Assembly (NCBI GenBank): GCA_000708835.1
Contig: DF237027.1
Location: forward strand, 124,001 to 188,000
Length of the DNA stretch: 64,000 bases
Reading direction: 5' to 3'
Origin: Klebsormidium nitens
Taxonomy: Eukaryota > Plantae > Klebsormidiophyceae
The notes under the pieces are model-generated. The model had not been told where the DNA came from, did not search any database, and was given only the letters and a program-made list of their open reading frames with translations. Position 1 is the first letter of the stretch; each line of letters opens with the position of its first letter. Position numbers and translations under genes: made by a program. Positions 48,208 to 60,100 of the stretch are shown here, piece by piece.

Positions 48208-51200
48208 TGATACGAGCATTCGAAGGATGGACTTCAGCTTTTCATGACTTCGATTTTCCCTCTGTTTTTGAAAGCCGAGGGCGAGGCATTCACCGGAGGC
48301 AAGCGTGGAGCAGCCCTTATGCTCCGCGTAGGGGCGTACCTGGTTCTGAAAAGCCTGCGCAAAGCCTGTTGAGCAATCTGCGTTTTTATTGCGAACCTGT
48401 GCGTCTCGAAGTCAAGGTCTTAAAAGTTGCGTGCTCAAAATATGCGCCAAAAGGAGTGGTTGCTGGCCAGGTTCGTCGACCAGACTTTAGATTTTCGTTC
48501 AGCGGGGACGGCGTTGGCTGACTCGTTCCCCGGTTGATATTCGAGGCTGCCAGATGCCGTTACATCACCGTATCTTGTACGACTTTCGCCGAACAAGCCA
48601 CGTTTGCCTCGAAGTGCGTTCTTAGTCGAGAGCTTACATCATTCCTGCAGTCTGATGGTGGATTGGTAGTTGCAAGCTCGCTGATCGTTCACAAACCCAG
48701 ATGTTCTCAACGTCGAAGGTTTCCACTCAAAAGCAGACCGGCCCATGCATCTGCGTCGGCGATCAACGAGGCTTCCCGCTGATATCAGCGTTTATGATTG
48801 TCGAGTCTTCGCTTGGTCTTCCTTCTGTTTCTAGCTACCTTGTCACTCTAAGTCCATTCTCTTTCTGACTGCAGTTGGCTGCGGTGCGCACGGACCAGGG
48901 GATGGGGTCGTCGGTCCGCGAGGATATTGCGGAAAGCAACACTTCGAATTCGGGGGCTCACGAGAACGTCGTTAGTCAGGAGCTTACTTTGAATGATCTT
49001 TGAGAGGCCTGTCGCGCCTCGAGTTGTGTAGTCAAATGCATCAAAGCCAGATGCCTTACTGTTGCGCACCATTTCCGAAGCCCACCCGATCTGTGTACTC
49101 CGAGTCGTTTTGGTCGTGTATACGAGGTTAACAGGAACTCGTGTTGAGCCTAGGAAGGAAGAAGGTGGCGAGAGTTTGGCGAAGCGATTAATTGATTGAC
49201 TGCTCCGCCGTTATGATTCTCAAAGGGTGCCACGTCTTGCGAACTGTTCTTAAACGTTCCCAATCGACTTCGACAATCATGTGTATAGTTTTGAACCCCA
49301 TCTGCTTTTCCAATGGAGTGCAACCATGAGAACATTGATTCGTCATGCATACTAAATCAGCGGTGTGGGCCTCGAATGAGGCCAAAGCATTGAACATGCA
49401 TCTGTTCTTGCTTCCTGAATTCCCCGGGCAATTCCATGATGCAAATATGTTTCGCTATATGTGAGTCAGCTTGTGAAGGCTGCCAGGTCCAGCTTCATTA
49501 GGGCATTGAGGTGTGGTTGGAAGTTCGCCGTACGGCCGGCGCCCCTCATGACTCTTAATGCAGCAGAGCGACCTGAGACCTGTCCGATCGAGAAACAGCG
49601 ATTCAGATCCGAACGTGTGATGCATGTCACCGTTCAGAATGCCGCCCAGCTTGAGTGCGTCAGGCTTAACAAGCTGCCGCACGGGCTGGCCACTTCAGAG
49701 AGTCAGTATACTTAGAACAGAGCGGAGCCCGAGGCGCGCACGCGGCCGCGCCGTCCAGGACCGAGGCCGCCTGAGTACGGTCTTCTATCTGGACGGCGCG
49801 GCCGCATCTGCGCCTCAGTAGCTGCATATAGTAGTCAGCATTTTGAAGTTAACAATAAAACCCGGCGCGGGCTGCTCGGCGTCGACTCTCTCGGGGACCA
49901 CTAGGTCCTACTCGCGCAAAGCGCTGCTCGGTCGCAGTTGCAGGATTCTGAATGGCGCAGGCATGCGGTTCTCCAATCAGCACCGCTTTGGGATTGGGAA
50001 GGTTGGAGAGCGATTGAGCAGCAGAAGAAGTTTGACGGGCTGCACAAAGCTGCCGGCAAAGGTGACAGTTGCTAGAGCTGTACTATATCAATCTTGCGCT
50101 TCTGAATTGAGGGCGGCCGAGGCGTCACCAATATCTCCACCTTCTAATCTTGATGCTCTGCCGTTTGCACATCCGTTCACCAATCCCTGTCGTTGTATGG
50201 GTTCTCAAGACATTTCCTAACAATTTGAATTGTCTCTCCGTCTCCTGCTGCCTTTCTTTCAGACGCCTGCTCCACCAGCAGTTCCAGCATGCCACCAAAT
50301 TCAGCTCGCAAAAAGTAAATACACGATTCCGGTAAGTGAAGTTCGCGCGCCAACATGTACTCGCAACGCTTTTAAGCACTTTTACTCCCGGGCCGGGTCC
50401 CTCAGAACGTTGCAGTAAAGTCAGCTTCAATCTCAAAGATGGGTAAACGTGTGATCCGTTCAACTTGTTTTTGTTCACCATTTTCCCCTAAGTTGCACTA
50501 GATTCACCACGTAAAGTCAAAGGGAAGCTGACGCTTTAGTGGAGCAGGTGTAGTCTGGACTTTGATGATGGAGCCTGCAGATGAGAGCTGCCAATGCTTG
50601 CATGTCGCTCTACTCGGATCCAGTCATGATATAGCATCTTCTAGTTGCAGATTGCTATCTGCAATTACGAAAATGAGAAGGGAAGCCGAAAACGTGACAA
50701 CAGGGGTGCACAGGATGCCCACAGCAGCTCGCAGGTAGGATCGTTTCCACTCCTTCTTCGCGTTTGTCAAATCAGCATTCAGCAATTTAAGTTATGTGCA
50801 AGGGAACTGTCTTACTTCAGGCACAGACGTTCCTCTGCGTTTCTACATCTTCAAGAAGTATTCCAGGTAAACCAAAAGACTTCCTTCTGCTGGTTGTATG
50901 TAAGATCTCATACACCGCTCTAGATTAGGATGAGGATGCCTGCTCAGTCGCGCTCTGGAGGATGAGAACCCACAAATGCCAAAATCGGACCGGACGTCCT
51001 TTCTCAAATACGGTGGGCTGGCATCAACTCAGAAAGTAATTCACTTGAATGAAAGAATGCATATTGTTCGTGAAACGAAGTCACTGTCGGTAGGGCGTAC
51101 GCCGTATACCCCGTCTTCTCATTGTATGTGAATTATAAGAACGGAAACCTTGGGACAGGATTTTTACTTTTCTGCGTCTTACATCGCCATTCTCGGCTTG

Positions 51201-51223
51201 ACACGTGTCACTTCTCTGCGCAG

Positions 51224-52741
51224 GGAACTTTCGCATCCGATCAGATGACGTTCGCACTGCGTCACAGAGTGACCTCCCCCAGCTCTCGCGGCTGGCAGTC
51301 CAAGCAATCTCTCAAGTCCAGCATGGTCTCGTCGACGCACTCAGAACCAGAATCGAGAAGAACAGCGGAGCTCCGGCGGAAGACTGGCCGGAACGACCCC
51401 CGCCGGATCTCAAACACCGGATGTCGATCTCGAAAACCATAGAACGACAGGCAAAGAAGATTTTCCAGGCCGCCGAGCAGTGCACATCCGTCGAGCAGAA
51501 GGCGCACGAGCTGTGCCATTGCTACGCCGCGCTGCGTCTGTGTTGCTCCGAGCTGCACTACGAGATTGAGCAATCCGCTGAGGAGGCGGAATTCTGGCGG
51601 AACGAAACCCGGGGGCTCGCGGAGGTGCGGCTGCAGGAGGCGCGAGAGGAAGCTGCGGAGGCCGAAAAGAGGGTACGTGGACCAACTGTTGAAGTCTTTC
51701 ACTTTTTCAGGATCCGCTTCCAGCCGGATCGACTGTAAGGCTTGACGGTGGTTACGAAGGCAGTGAGCTTCGGTCATATGCTTGTCGACCGCCGCTGCAG
51801 ATGAGCCGACGCCTTCGCGTTTTGTGTCCGAAAGCTGTAGTTATTGTGTCTGAAAGCCTTCAAAAGCTCTAGGAGCCTCGTCGTTCTGGCACGCTCTCAG
51901 TCAATAGGCGGCGGTTCCAAACATCTGTGCGCGTTTGACGTTGATATCTTGGCTCACAATCTTAAACGGTGCATAAATTTCGATCTGGAATGCGAATTTC
52001 AGATCGTTTAGATCTGGGAAACGAAGTAGAGATTTTGTGTCCTACTTGGAACTGGTACTCTCAGCCCGCACAACAATCATCAGATAATTTCTCAGGACAT
52101 CGGCGTCTTCGTCACGACCTGATTACCTGATATCCTAAGCTCTCTCTGAACTTTTCTTTCGTCGAGCGAACGGCCCCCTGTTTTAGGCGGTTTGGCCACT
52201 TTCGACGACACGTGGCATCTCGATTTCCTTTTGGGGTAAGCACCTGGGCCGGCCCACGACGGGCCTCACACATTCCCAGACTGAAGCAATCCAAGAATGG
52301 CAGAAGGCCGTGAAGTCAGTTTCCGCTTTGCAAGACAAAATCATTCACCTCATCGAGCTCGAGCGCTCAGGCGAAGAAGAGGAGACCAACGACGAGATCT
52401 GGGTCGACTCAGACGGAGAATTGCAGATTCGATGGCGAAAGGAACTGAGCAAGAAGAGTAGCCGGTTCTTTTGGACAGGCATCGACAAAAAAGTCAATAG
52501 GGTTGGCTGGCCGTGGCTGCCAAAGGGAGTGACCGTTTCCGAGGAGCGCAAGGCTGCCGTTATGGAGGAAGCGTTCCGTGAGATGCGCGAGGTCTACGAA
52601 GGCTTGCAGCGCGAGCTCGCGCGCTCGGCGGCTGAAGCGGAGAGCTTGCGCAGGGCTGCGCCAGAAACGTGGAACGTGGGGGATCCAGTAACGAATGAGG
52701 GAGGGCAGGTTGAAGTCGAAAATGATCAAGCAGGAGAGTGA
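51224..52741 (+). CDS. Hypothetical coiled-coil protein, exons 51224-51672 and 52280-52741; 5' exon(s) not resolved
   Basis: Open frames with exon-like codon usage, GCAG/CCAG acceptors and a GTACGT donor in phase 0. Trp-rich segment DEIWVDSDGELQIRWRKELSKKSSRFFWTGIDKKVNRVGWPWLPKG. A decayed paralog lies at 35.8 kb. Confidence 0.6.
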
Positions 52742-54182
52742 AGACTAAATGGTTCTGACTGCCATTGCGAGACAGAGGGAAACGAACAATATAAATTTAG
52801 ACTTGTGATCCTCTTCGTGATTTCTCTGCCAACGTCCGGGATGCATGCTGTGAGAGCGAGTACATATTTTTATCACAGTATTTGCGAACCGTACTTAGTA
52901 CACAACTTGGCCAGGGTCCGACCTGTGCTATGCTGCCGCAGTACTGTACTCGGTCACAATTCTCCGACAACGTTGGACTAGGTATTTAGGCGGACCCTTG
53001 TCGGCAATCAATCGAAGGCAGTATTGGCGGGCTGTTGAGCTCGGGCTGAACACTGGGTGCATGTCATCATGCGTGACGGCCGGCCGGGCCGGCCGCACAT
53101 GCATGGCACGGGCCGCAAAAAATGATTTTGGTTGAGGCAAACGGTGCATACATCTCGTTTACGATATCGAAATGGTTGAGCTTAGGAACTTCACTGCATG
53201 TTTGTGAGGCTCGCTGCGCGGCATCCACAGCCACAGTAGTGATTTGCATGACTAGCGAACGGAAGTCGAGATAATCTATATACCGCTTGCAAGCGGATCA
53301 AAATTCCCATATATATGTTCCATGGCGCCGGAATCACGATATCATTTGTCCGTCAGGCAAGCAGCTAATATAAAGTCTGCGGATGACAATGCACCGGCTC
53401 GGCCATACCACATGCGCGTGCCGCAGCTATATTGAATCAAGTAAAGACCGGTAAACATACTTTTTCCTTTGAAGCAACGTATTAGTACCGGTAGGTTGTT
53501 ATCACAGTGACAGAAGCTCATGCATGAATTTTGCATATCTTCAGCTAGCCTGCCTGCCAGCCTGAGCCGCGCGCCCTACATGACCGGATTCCGACTCGAC
53601 ACGCAGTCCACGGTACACCACAGAGATTACATCAGCCAATTTATTGGTCGTCTCAGTAGAATGATGAGGCACTGAGCACCAGCCACATGTGCATCGGCAT
53701 GACGCTCAGTTCATCAGTGGCGGCATGATGCAGCAATGCGTAAGCTCAGTGATGCGTGTTTTGTATCCGGTCGCCGTTGCACAGCACGCGGCCACAGTGG
53801 CAAGGCTGTACTCCGCACAACTTACAGTATGAGCGGGGAGCGATTCACGTATTTTTAGTACAATGCGGAACGCAACTCGACGAATCAAACCGAAAACCGT
53901 ATAGCCGAATATGGAAAACTTACAGAGCCAGCTGGCTCGTTGGACTGGCAAGGGATTCAAAAATCTGGCCCTGAGCGAGTCAATCCATCTACCTACATGC
54001 ACAGTCAAGACTTTCACGGCAGTCTCGTCCAATCGACATGAACCATTAGCACGTTCCTCGAGTAGGTTCCATGACAATTCCAACTGACACAGCAATCTGC
54101 TTTCAAGCGTTAAACCCTCAAACTACTATCCCCAAACCAACCGACCTAAGGTTGACGCCTACGCAGCACCTTCGGCTCCCTT

Positions 54183-57100
54183 TTACCACCTGCTGCGCGA
54201 CCCCCCCCTGGGCTCCTCCCTATCCCGCGACGGATACGCCGACGAACCAGCGGCCCTCCTCGACGGAGGCACGTATCCCCCGGACGGCCTCTCCCCGTCT
54301 GCCGGTCTTGCTGGGGGGGGCGCAGCAGCGGCCGAGTCTGCCCCCGGTCGGCGCAGGTGCGCCGGAACAAACTTGCCGGGTGCAGGGGCCGGCCGGTCGT
54401 CCGAGCGGGCAGGCAACGGCTCGCGGGAAGAGACCGGTTCGCGGGCGCCGCGGGGGCGCCATTTGTCCTCTGATACGGCGGCGGCGGCAGGGGCGGCCGG
54501 TGCGGTGTCGCGATCGCCGGCCGCGGGACGCGGGCGCTCCCAGCGGTCCTCTGAGGGCGCAGCACGGGCGGCAGGCTCTGCTGAAGAGGGAGGAACAGGT
54601 GTGAGATCATGACGGCTTGTTTACCACGGCAGTCTCGGCAGGTTTGATAGCAAGGATGATAGCAAGGAGGCTCAGGAGCAAGAAAATATCAAAGGGCGCC
54701 TGAAAAGCCAGCAGGACTGCCAACAGCGTGGGCCACGAGTACGAGGACCAAGTGGAAAAGCCTAGTGATGAGCAGCCCGGCTGCACAAAGTGTGAAAGAC
54801 AAACAGAAAAAACCACTGTGCTATGTGAGCATCCCTTCGCCAAGCAATCTCTCGACGCACCACTTTGCGGCGTTCTGTTCCAGCACTAGATGCACAACCA
54901 CAATCGTACAAATGGCAGTGAAGAAGCGACTTGTGATTGGCACAACTGCTTGTGTGATCAGACCGCCAGACTACAATCCCCATACGAAAGTGCAAACCCG
55001 AAAATAGCGCCAGCTCCCACCTGGGCCATTCCCCCGCCGGCTGGGCGGCAAGAAGTCAGCACAATTGCTTCAGCCAAATTCCGTTTCCATTACTTAAACG
55101 GAAGTGCAAACACGGATTTGGCGCCAGCTTTGACGTGTGGCCCTGCCCCGCGCCTTGGCAGCACGAACTTGGCCGCCTTTTCTCGCGCTTCAGACCAATC
55201 GCCGAGCCCATGTTTCTCAAATGGCAATCCACACAAAAGTTCCAATCCTCAAAACGGCACTGCCAGAACAAAACTTTAAGCTTTAGATATGAACTTAAGC
55301 GACAGCTCTCACCTGTGGCCTTCCCGCGCAGGCTGGGCGGCACGAACTTGGCGGGCTTCTCGCGCTCCTCCTTGAGCAGGCGCTCGCGCTCCTCCTGCGC
55401 GCGCCGCTGGGTCTCCGCCTCGCGCTCGCGCTGCCGCGCTGCAATCTCGTCCAGCTTGCGCAGCCGCTCCTCCTCCTCCGCGCGCTTCTTCTCGTCCTCT
55501 GCAACACGCGAGAAGTCGTGAGTCATTGGGTGCAGGTTTGGCCAAGCAACAGAAGGAGAGTGGGCTTCCGAGCAGACTCGTGAGTCAGCAGTCCAGTCGC
55601 TTCTTCTCCCCGCTTCGTGTCCTCCTCTACATCCCCCAAAGCAAAAGCAGGAGGCGTAAGGCTTCCTCTGAAGTGGAATAACAAGAATCTATGACCGAAG
55701 GTTCCAGCAGCGGAATAACGGACCACCAACCCGCACTTTGCCCGCATGATGGTCCGCCAAAACAGGAACATCAGCAATAACCGGTTCGTCTCAGAATCAA
55801 GCCTACACAAATTCATCACCCAGACCTCAAAAGAAGCGAAATGAACTCGGTCCTCACCTTCGCGCTTGCGCGCCTCCTCCTCCTCCCGCTCCTTGCGCAC
55901 GCGCTCCTCCTCCTGGCGCCGATAGTACTCCATCTTGCGCCGCTGCGCACGCTCCTGCTTGCGCAACTCGCGCGCTTCCGCGAGCCGCTCCTCGCGTTCG
56001 CGCTTGAGCCGCTCGAACTCGCCGCGGCGGCGGTCGACGACTTGTTCTTCGAAGGTGCTCTTGTCGCCCAGCATGCGCGTAAGGCGGTGCTTCTCCTTGA
56101 GGTCCTTGGCGTGCTGCTCCTGGCTCTCGCGGGCCAGCTCCTGCGACGATAACGAAGTTCTCTTTAATCCTCAACCGAGACGAGAAACGGTATGTCAGGA
56201 ATAAACAAGAAATGCTTTCCCTTTTCACAATTTTCGCGTGCTGCTCCTGGCTCTCGCAGGAAAGCTCCTAAGGGAGTACGGAAGGTGAGTGCTTTCCAGA
56301 CAGCGTGCTCTACCTAAGACCCTTCCTGCGATATCTACTCTGTCAAATGCAGATTCAGACCGTCCAGAACAAACTTGTTTCGACAGTTGCTGCGGAGAAT
56401 CTCGGCAAAGGAGAGCTTGTTTTGGGTTGACAGAAAGTGTGTCAAGATATTCAAAACAACGTTTGACGGGGTAAGAGTAGAAAAAGATAAGGAAAGAGGG
56501 TTCAGGCCTTGATACGAAGTTCGTTGCCTCTTATTGACAAGACACTTGTTTCGAAATTAGCAGCAAGAAGCGCTGCCAATGATGGCCAAGTATGACACAG
56601 GATTGGTGAGTTGTGCTCTTCTTGGCTGAAGCGGACCAACAGTTACGCTGGCTCCTAACCCATATCTCCTGGCTGTGGGTTAAAAAACAGTAAGAACTAA
56701 TCGGATCCGCAGCTCCCGTTGCCACTACAAACTCCCTCCCGGCTCTGAAGTAAAGCTTCTAAGGCATAAATAAGAGAGTCAAGCAACAACCCTTACCTCC
56801 TGCTGCTGGTTGTAGTAGACCTCGTCGTCCTGCTGGCGCTGCTTGAAGGCCTCGAGCAGCAGCGGGCGCTCGCGCTCGCGCTTGGCGCGCTCGAAGTAGT
56901 CCATGGTCTTGGACAGCTTGCTCAGCTTGCGCTCCAGCTCCTGCCGCTCGCGGATGCTCTCCGTCAGCGCCTCCTCCATCAGCTGACGCTTGTTCAGCTT
57001 GCCGCCCTCCTGGGAAAGAGGTTGACGACCCGGGAACTCAGCAACGTTGTTAAATCTTGTGAGGCAGTCAAGCTGAGTGAATAGACTCCCTTTGGAACCC

Positions 57101-60100
57101 TCAGCAAACAATGGAATCTAGTGAAAAGAACTGGCCGCATGTGGAGCATCCTCGATGAGCTGCAGCTTCTTCAACTTCTGAAAGACTACATCGGATGCGA
57201 AGGGGTCATGAAACGTCAACAGATGGCCCACATTCAGAACACAGGCCGCCAGAGTCGTAAAATTGGCTTCAAACAGTGCAAGACACCACGAACCTGATAC
57301 AGCGGATATCACAATTTGACAGACTAGGGACCTGAGATCAAACTGAGCCCTATCGGACAAGTTCCAGGAACGGAAGTGCCGACTGGAGATACCAGGACTT
57401 ATTGGAATGACAAGCAGTCTCTCGACGGAACTCTGCAACAAGCAACAACAGGCCAACAACCAACAAGACCTGCTTGATAAAGCAAAAGATACACTCAGAT
57501 ACATTCAACCATACGTCTCTTCGACGTAAGAAGCCTAGTCCCCCACTTCCTCACCTTTTTGAGCACCTTCTCGAGGTTCTTCTTGCCGCCCTTCTTGGCG
57601 GCCTGCGCGGCCAGCAGCGCCTGCGCCTCGGCCTCCTCCTTCTCCGCAATCTCGGCCTTGATGCGCTCCTCCTGCCGCCGGTGCGCGTCCTGCGCCTGAC
57701 GCTTGCGCTCCGCCTCGTGCGCCAGCGCCTCCTTCTGCAACCGCTTCTCCTCTTCCAGACGCTCCTGGCAGGGTCAAGGAAAGCGGGTTAGGTCGAGGAA
57801 CCAACGCAAGGAACCAAGCAAGGGTCGACAAAGAATAATGGAGGGATCAAAGAAGCAGGTTAGATGAATCACATTGGATTGCACTACAGAGCCAACGCAA
57901 GGCTTGACAGCAGTTTCATAATGGCAAAAGAAAGTCTTGACAAAGTCTTGACTGCTGAGCAACCGCCCCTCTTACATCTGTTTCTGTACACACATGGCAA
58001 GCAGGGAACCAACGCAACCAGACAAACCAAATGATAAGAGGCTAACAGAAGACCGACAAGTTTGAGAAACCACTACAGCGGACTTGGGTTACGAAAACGA
58101 AGTGAAACAGGCTAAGTACTCGGTTGCAGAACTGCAAGTGGACCAGGCTGACTGCTTCACAGAGGATGGAAAACTCCTAGCCTGCTTGATGACGCAACTT
58201 ACGGCCTCCGGTGCACACACCAACCCAATTCAGGGCCTTTGTTCAAACCCTCACAGCAAATGACGAGGACCAGAGGGGCGTCGTCAAAACACGGGGAGCC
58301 GCACGAGAAAAAGTCAAGCCCGGCGCACCTGCTCGAGCGCGCTCCGCTCGGCATCCTCCTTGCGCCGCTCGATGATGACCTTGCGCACAAGCGCCAGCTT
58401 GTGTTCCTTGAGGATGCGCTCGCTCAGCTCCGCCACGCTGCGCGCCTTACCCTTGCCCTTGTCGTCCGCAGCCTCCGGGTGGATTAGGCTGACGGCCTTG
58501 TTCAGGCGGCGGGCAAGAATCACCAGGTGGTTCTTGATGCGGTCAGACTCGAGGTCCTGCAAAAACCATGGCCTCGGGAGGATTGATCACCAGTGCAGTG
58601 GGTTCTCGAGGCGCCTTTCTGAAGGAGCCAATGAGAAACAGCAACTAAAAGTAATGCGCCCTAAAATCCCTGTTCCAAGACCTTGCGAGTCGGTCATGGG
58701 CGGTTTGGCAGTTGAACTGCACGTGCATCTAGATTCAAACTATCGGCAGCACTGAGGAATCACCACAAATAAAAGCAAGAGCAAGTCTGTTCTCCGCAAA
58801 GCTCTGGAGTCGGTACGACCAAGCCAGGGAAAAGCGGATCCAACACTGGACGGATGTCCTGGCTCGATTGGGCCCTCAGATATACGCACAACAACCAGAA
58901 TTGCACCCGGATAGAAAGCCTATTCTTGTACCCAGAATCGCAGGTAAAAACAAAGTGGTGCAGAGGGAAGCGGCAATACCTGGATGCCAAATCGGACGGT
59001 GCCCATTTTGTGGTCGATCTTGGCGGGGAGGAAGCCGTACTTGATGGCGTCCACGGCCACCTTCTCAATGTAGCCAAAGTCGCCGAAAGGAATCAGCTTG
59101 CACAGGTGCGTGATGCGGACAGTCTGGTACACGGACGACAGCTGCAGCACAGAGGGGGCAAGAGACTGAGAAGGCGCAAGAACAGGCCGACTTGATAAGA
59201 TGTACAAATGCGACAGAAATAGGTTCACTTAATGGAGGAAATCGGCCAGATCGTTCCTACCAAAGGACGGGCGCTCATTACAACGAAGCCCCTTGTCTTG
59301 AAAGCAGATTTTGGCAGTTTTTAATGTCAACACATGACATGGTCAATACCTTGCAGTAAGGCTTAAAGAGTCTGCTGAGACACTAAAAACAGGAATCAGT
59401 CTCCGAGTGTCGCTACTGGGACTGCTGCAAGACTCCATATGCTGATCTCTCCACACTCCGGCTCCAATGTCCTGCCACTTGCCAGTTTGACCTAGAATCC
59501 GCTTCGTCAGTGTTTGTGCTCCTTTGAACATGTCCCTCCAGCAAAACAACCAAACACTGACACAACAGCAACGACATCATCATTGTACTTCAAGGTCGTT
59601 TCGCAAAAAGGTCGTTCTTTCTGCCATCAAGGAAGACCAGTGAACGTACCTGAGCTAGCAGCTTAGCGGTGGTGACCTTCTGCAACGCAGCCACGTACTC
59701 CTGGGGGCGAACCTCCGGGACCGGCGACGCTGGCGAGAGCGAGTCGCCAATGTCAGCGAGCTTTGCCAAAAGGGGCTCCAAGCGAGTAGCCAGATCCAGC
59801 GGGTGGAACTCCGTCTCGAGCAGCGAGTAGAGGTCCTTGACTTCTTGAGGGACATATGCGAGGAGGCCCTTGGAGACGATCTCGGAGAGGAGCGCAGAGC
59901 GGGACAGCTGCAGGGCAAAACCGGAGGGGTGAGCAGGAGCTAGAAGCGCAGAAGATAGGAGAGAGGATTGACAAAAGGCGATATAAGAGGCAGAGGGGTC
60001 GACGCTGTAGTAAAGCCAATTCTGGAGTGATCGCTGGCAAGGCTTAGCAATCAAGTCCCCTTGAGGATCTCCGCCCTGACAGGTGGACGAATGATGACTT

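Noticed and set aside
47269-48219. Long antisense and alternative-frame ORFs over the TPR array, eIF3a and NASP exons
   Set aside because: These are shadows of GC-rich, repetitive coding sequence.
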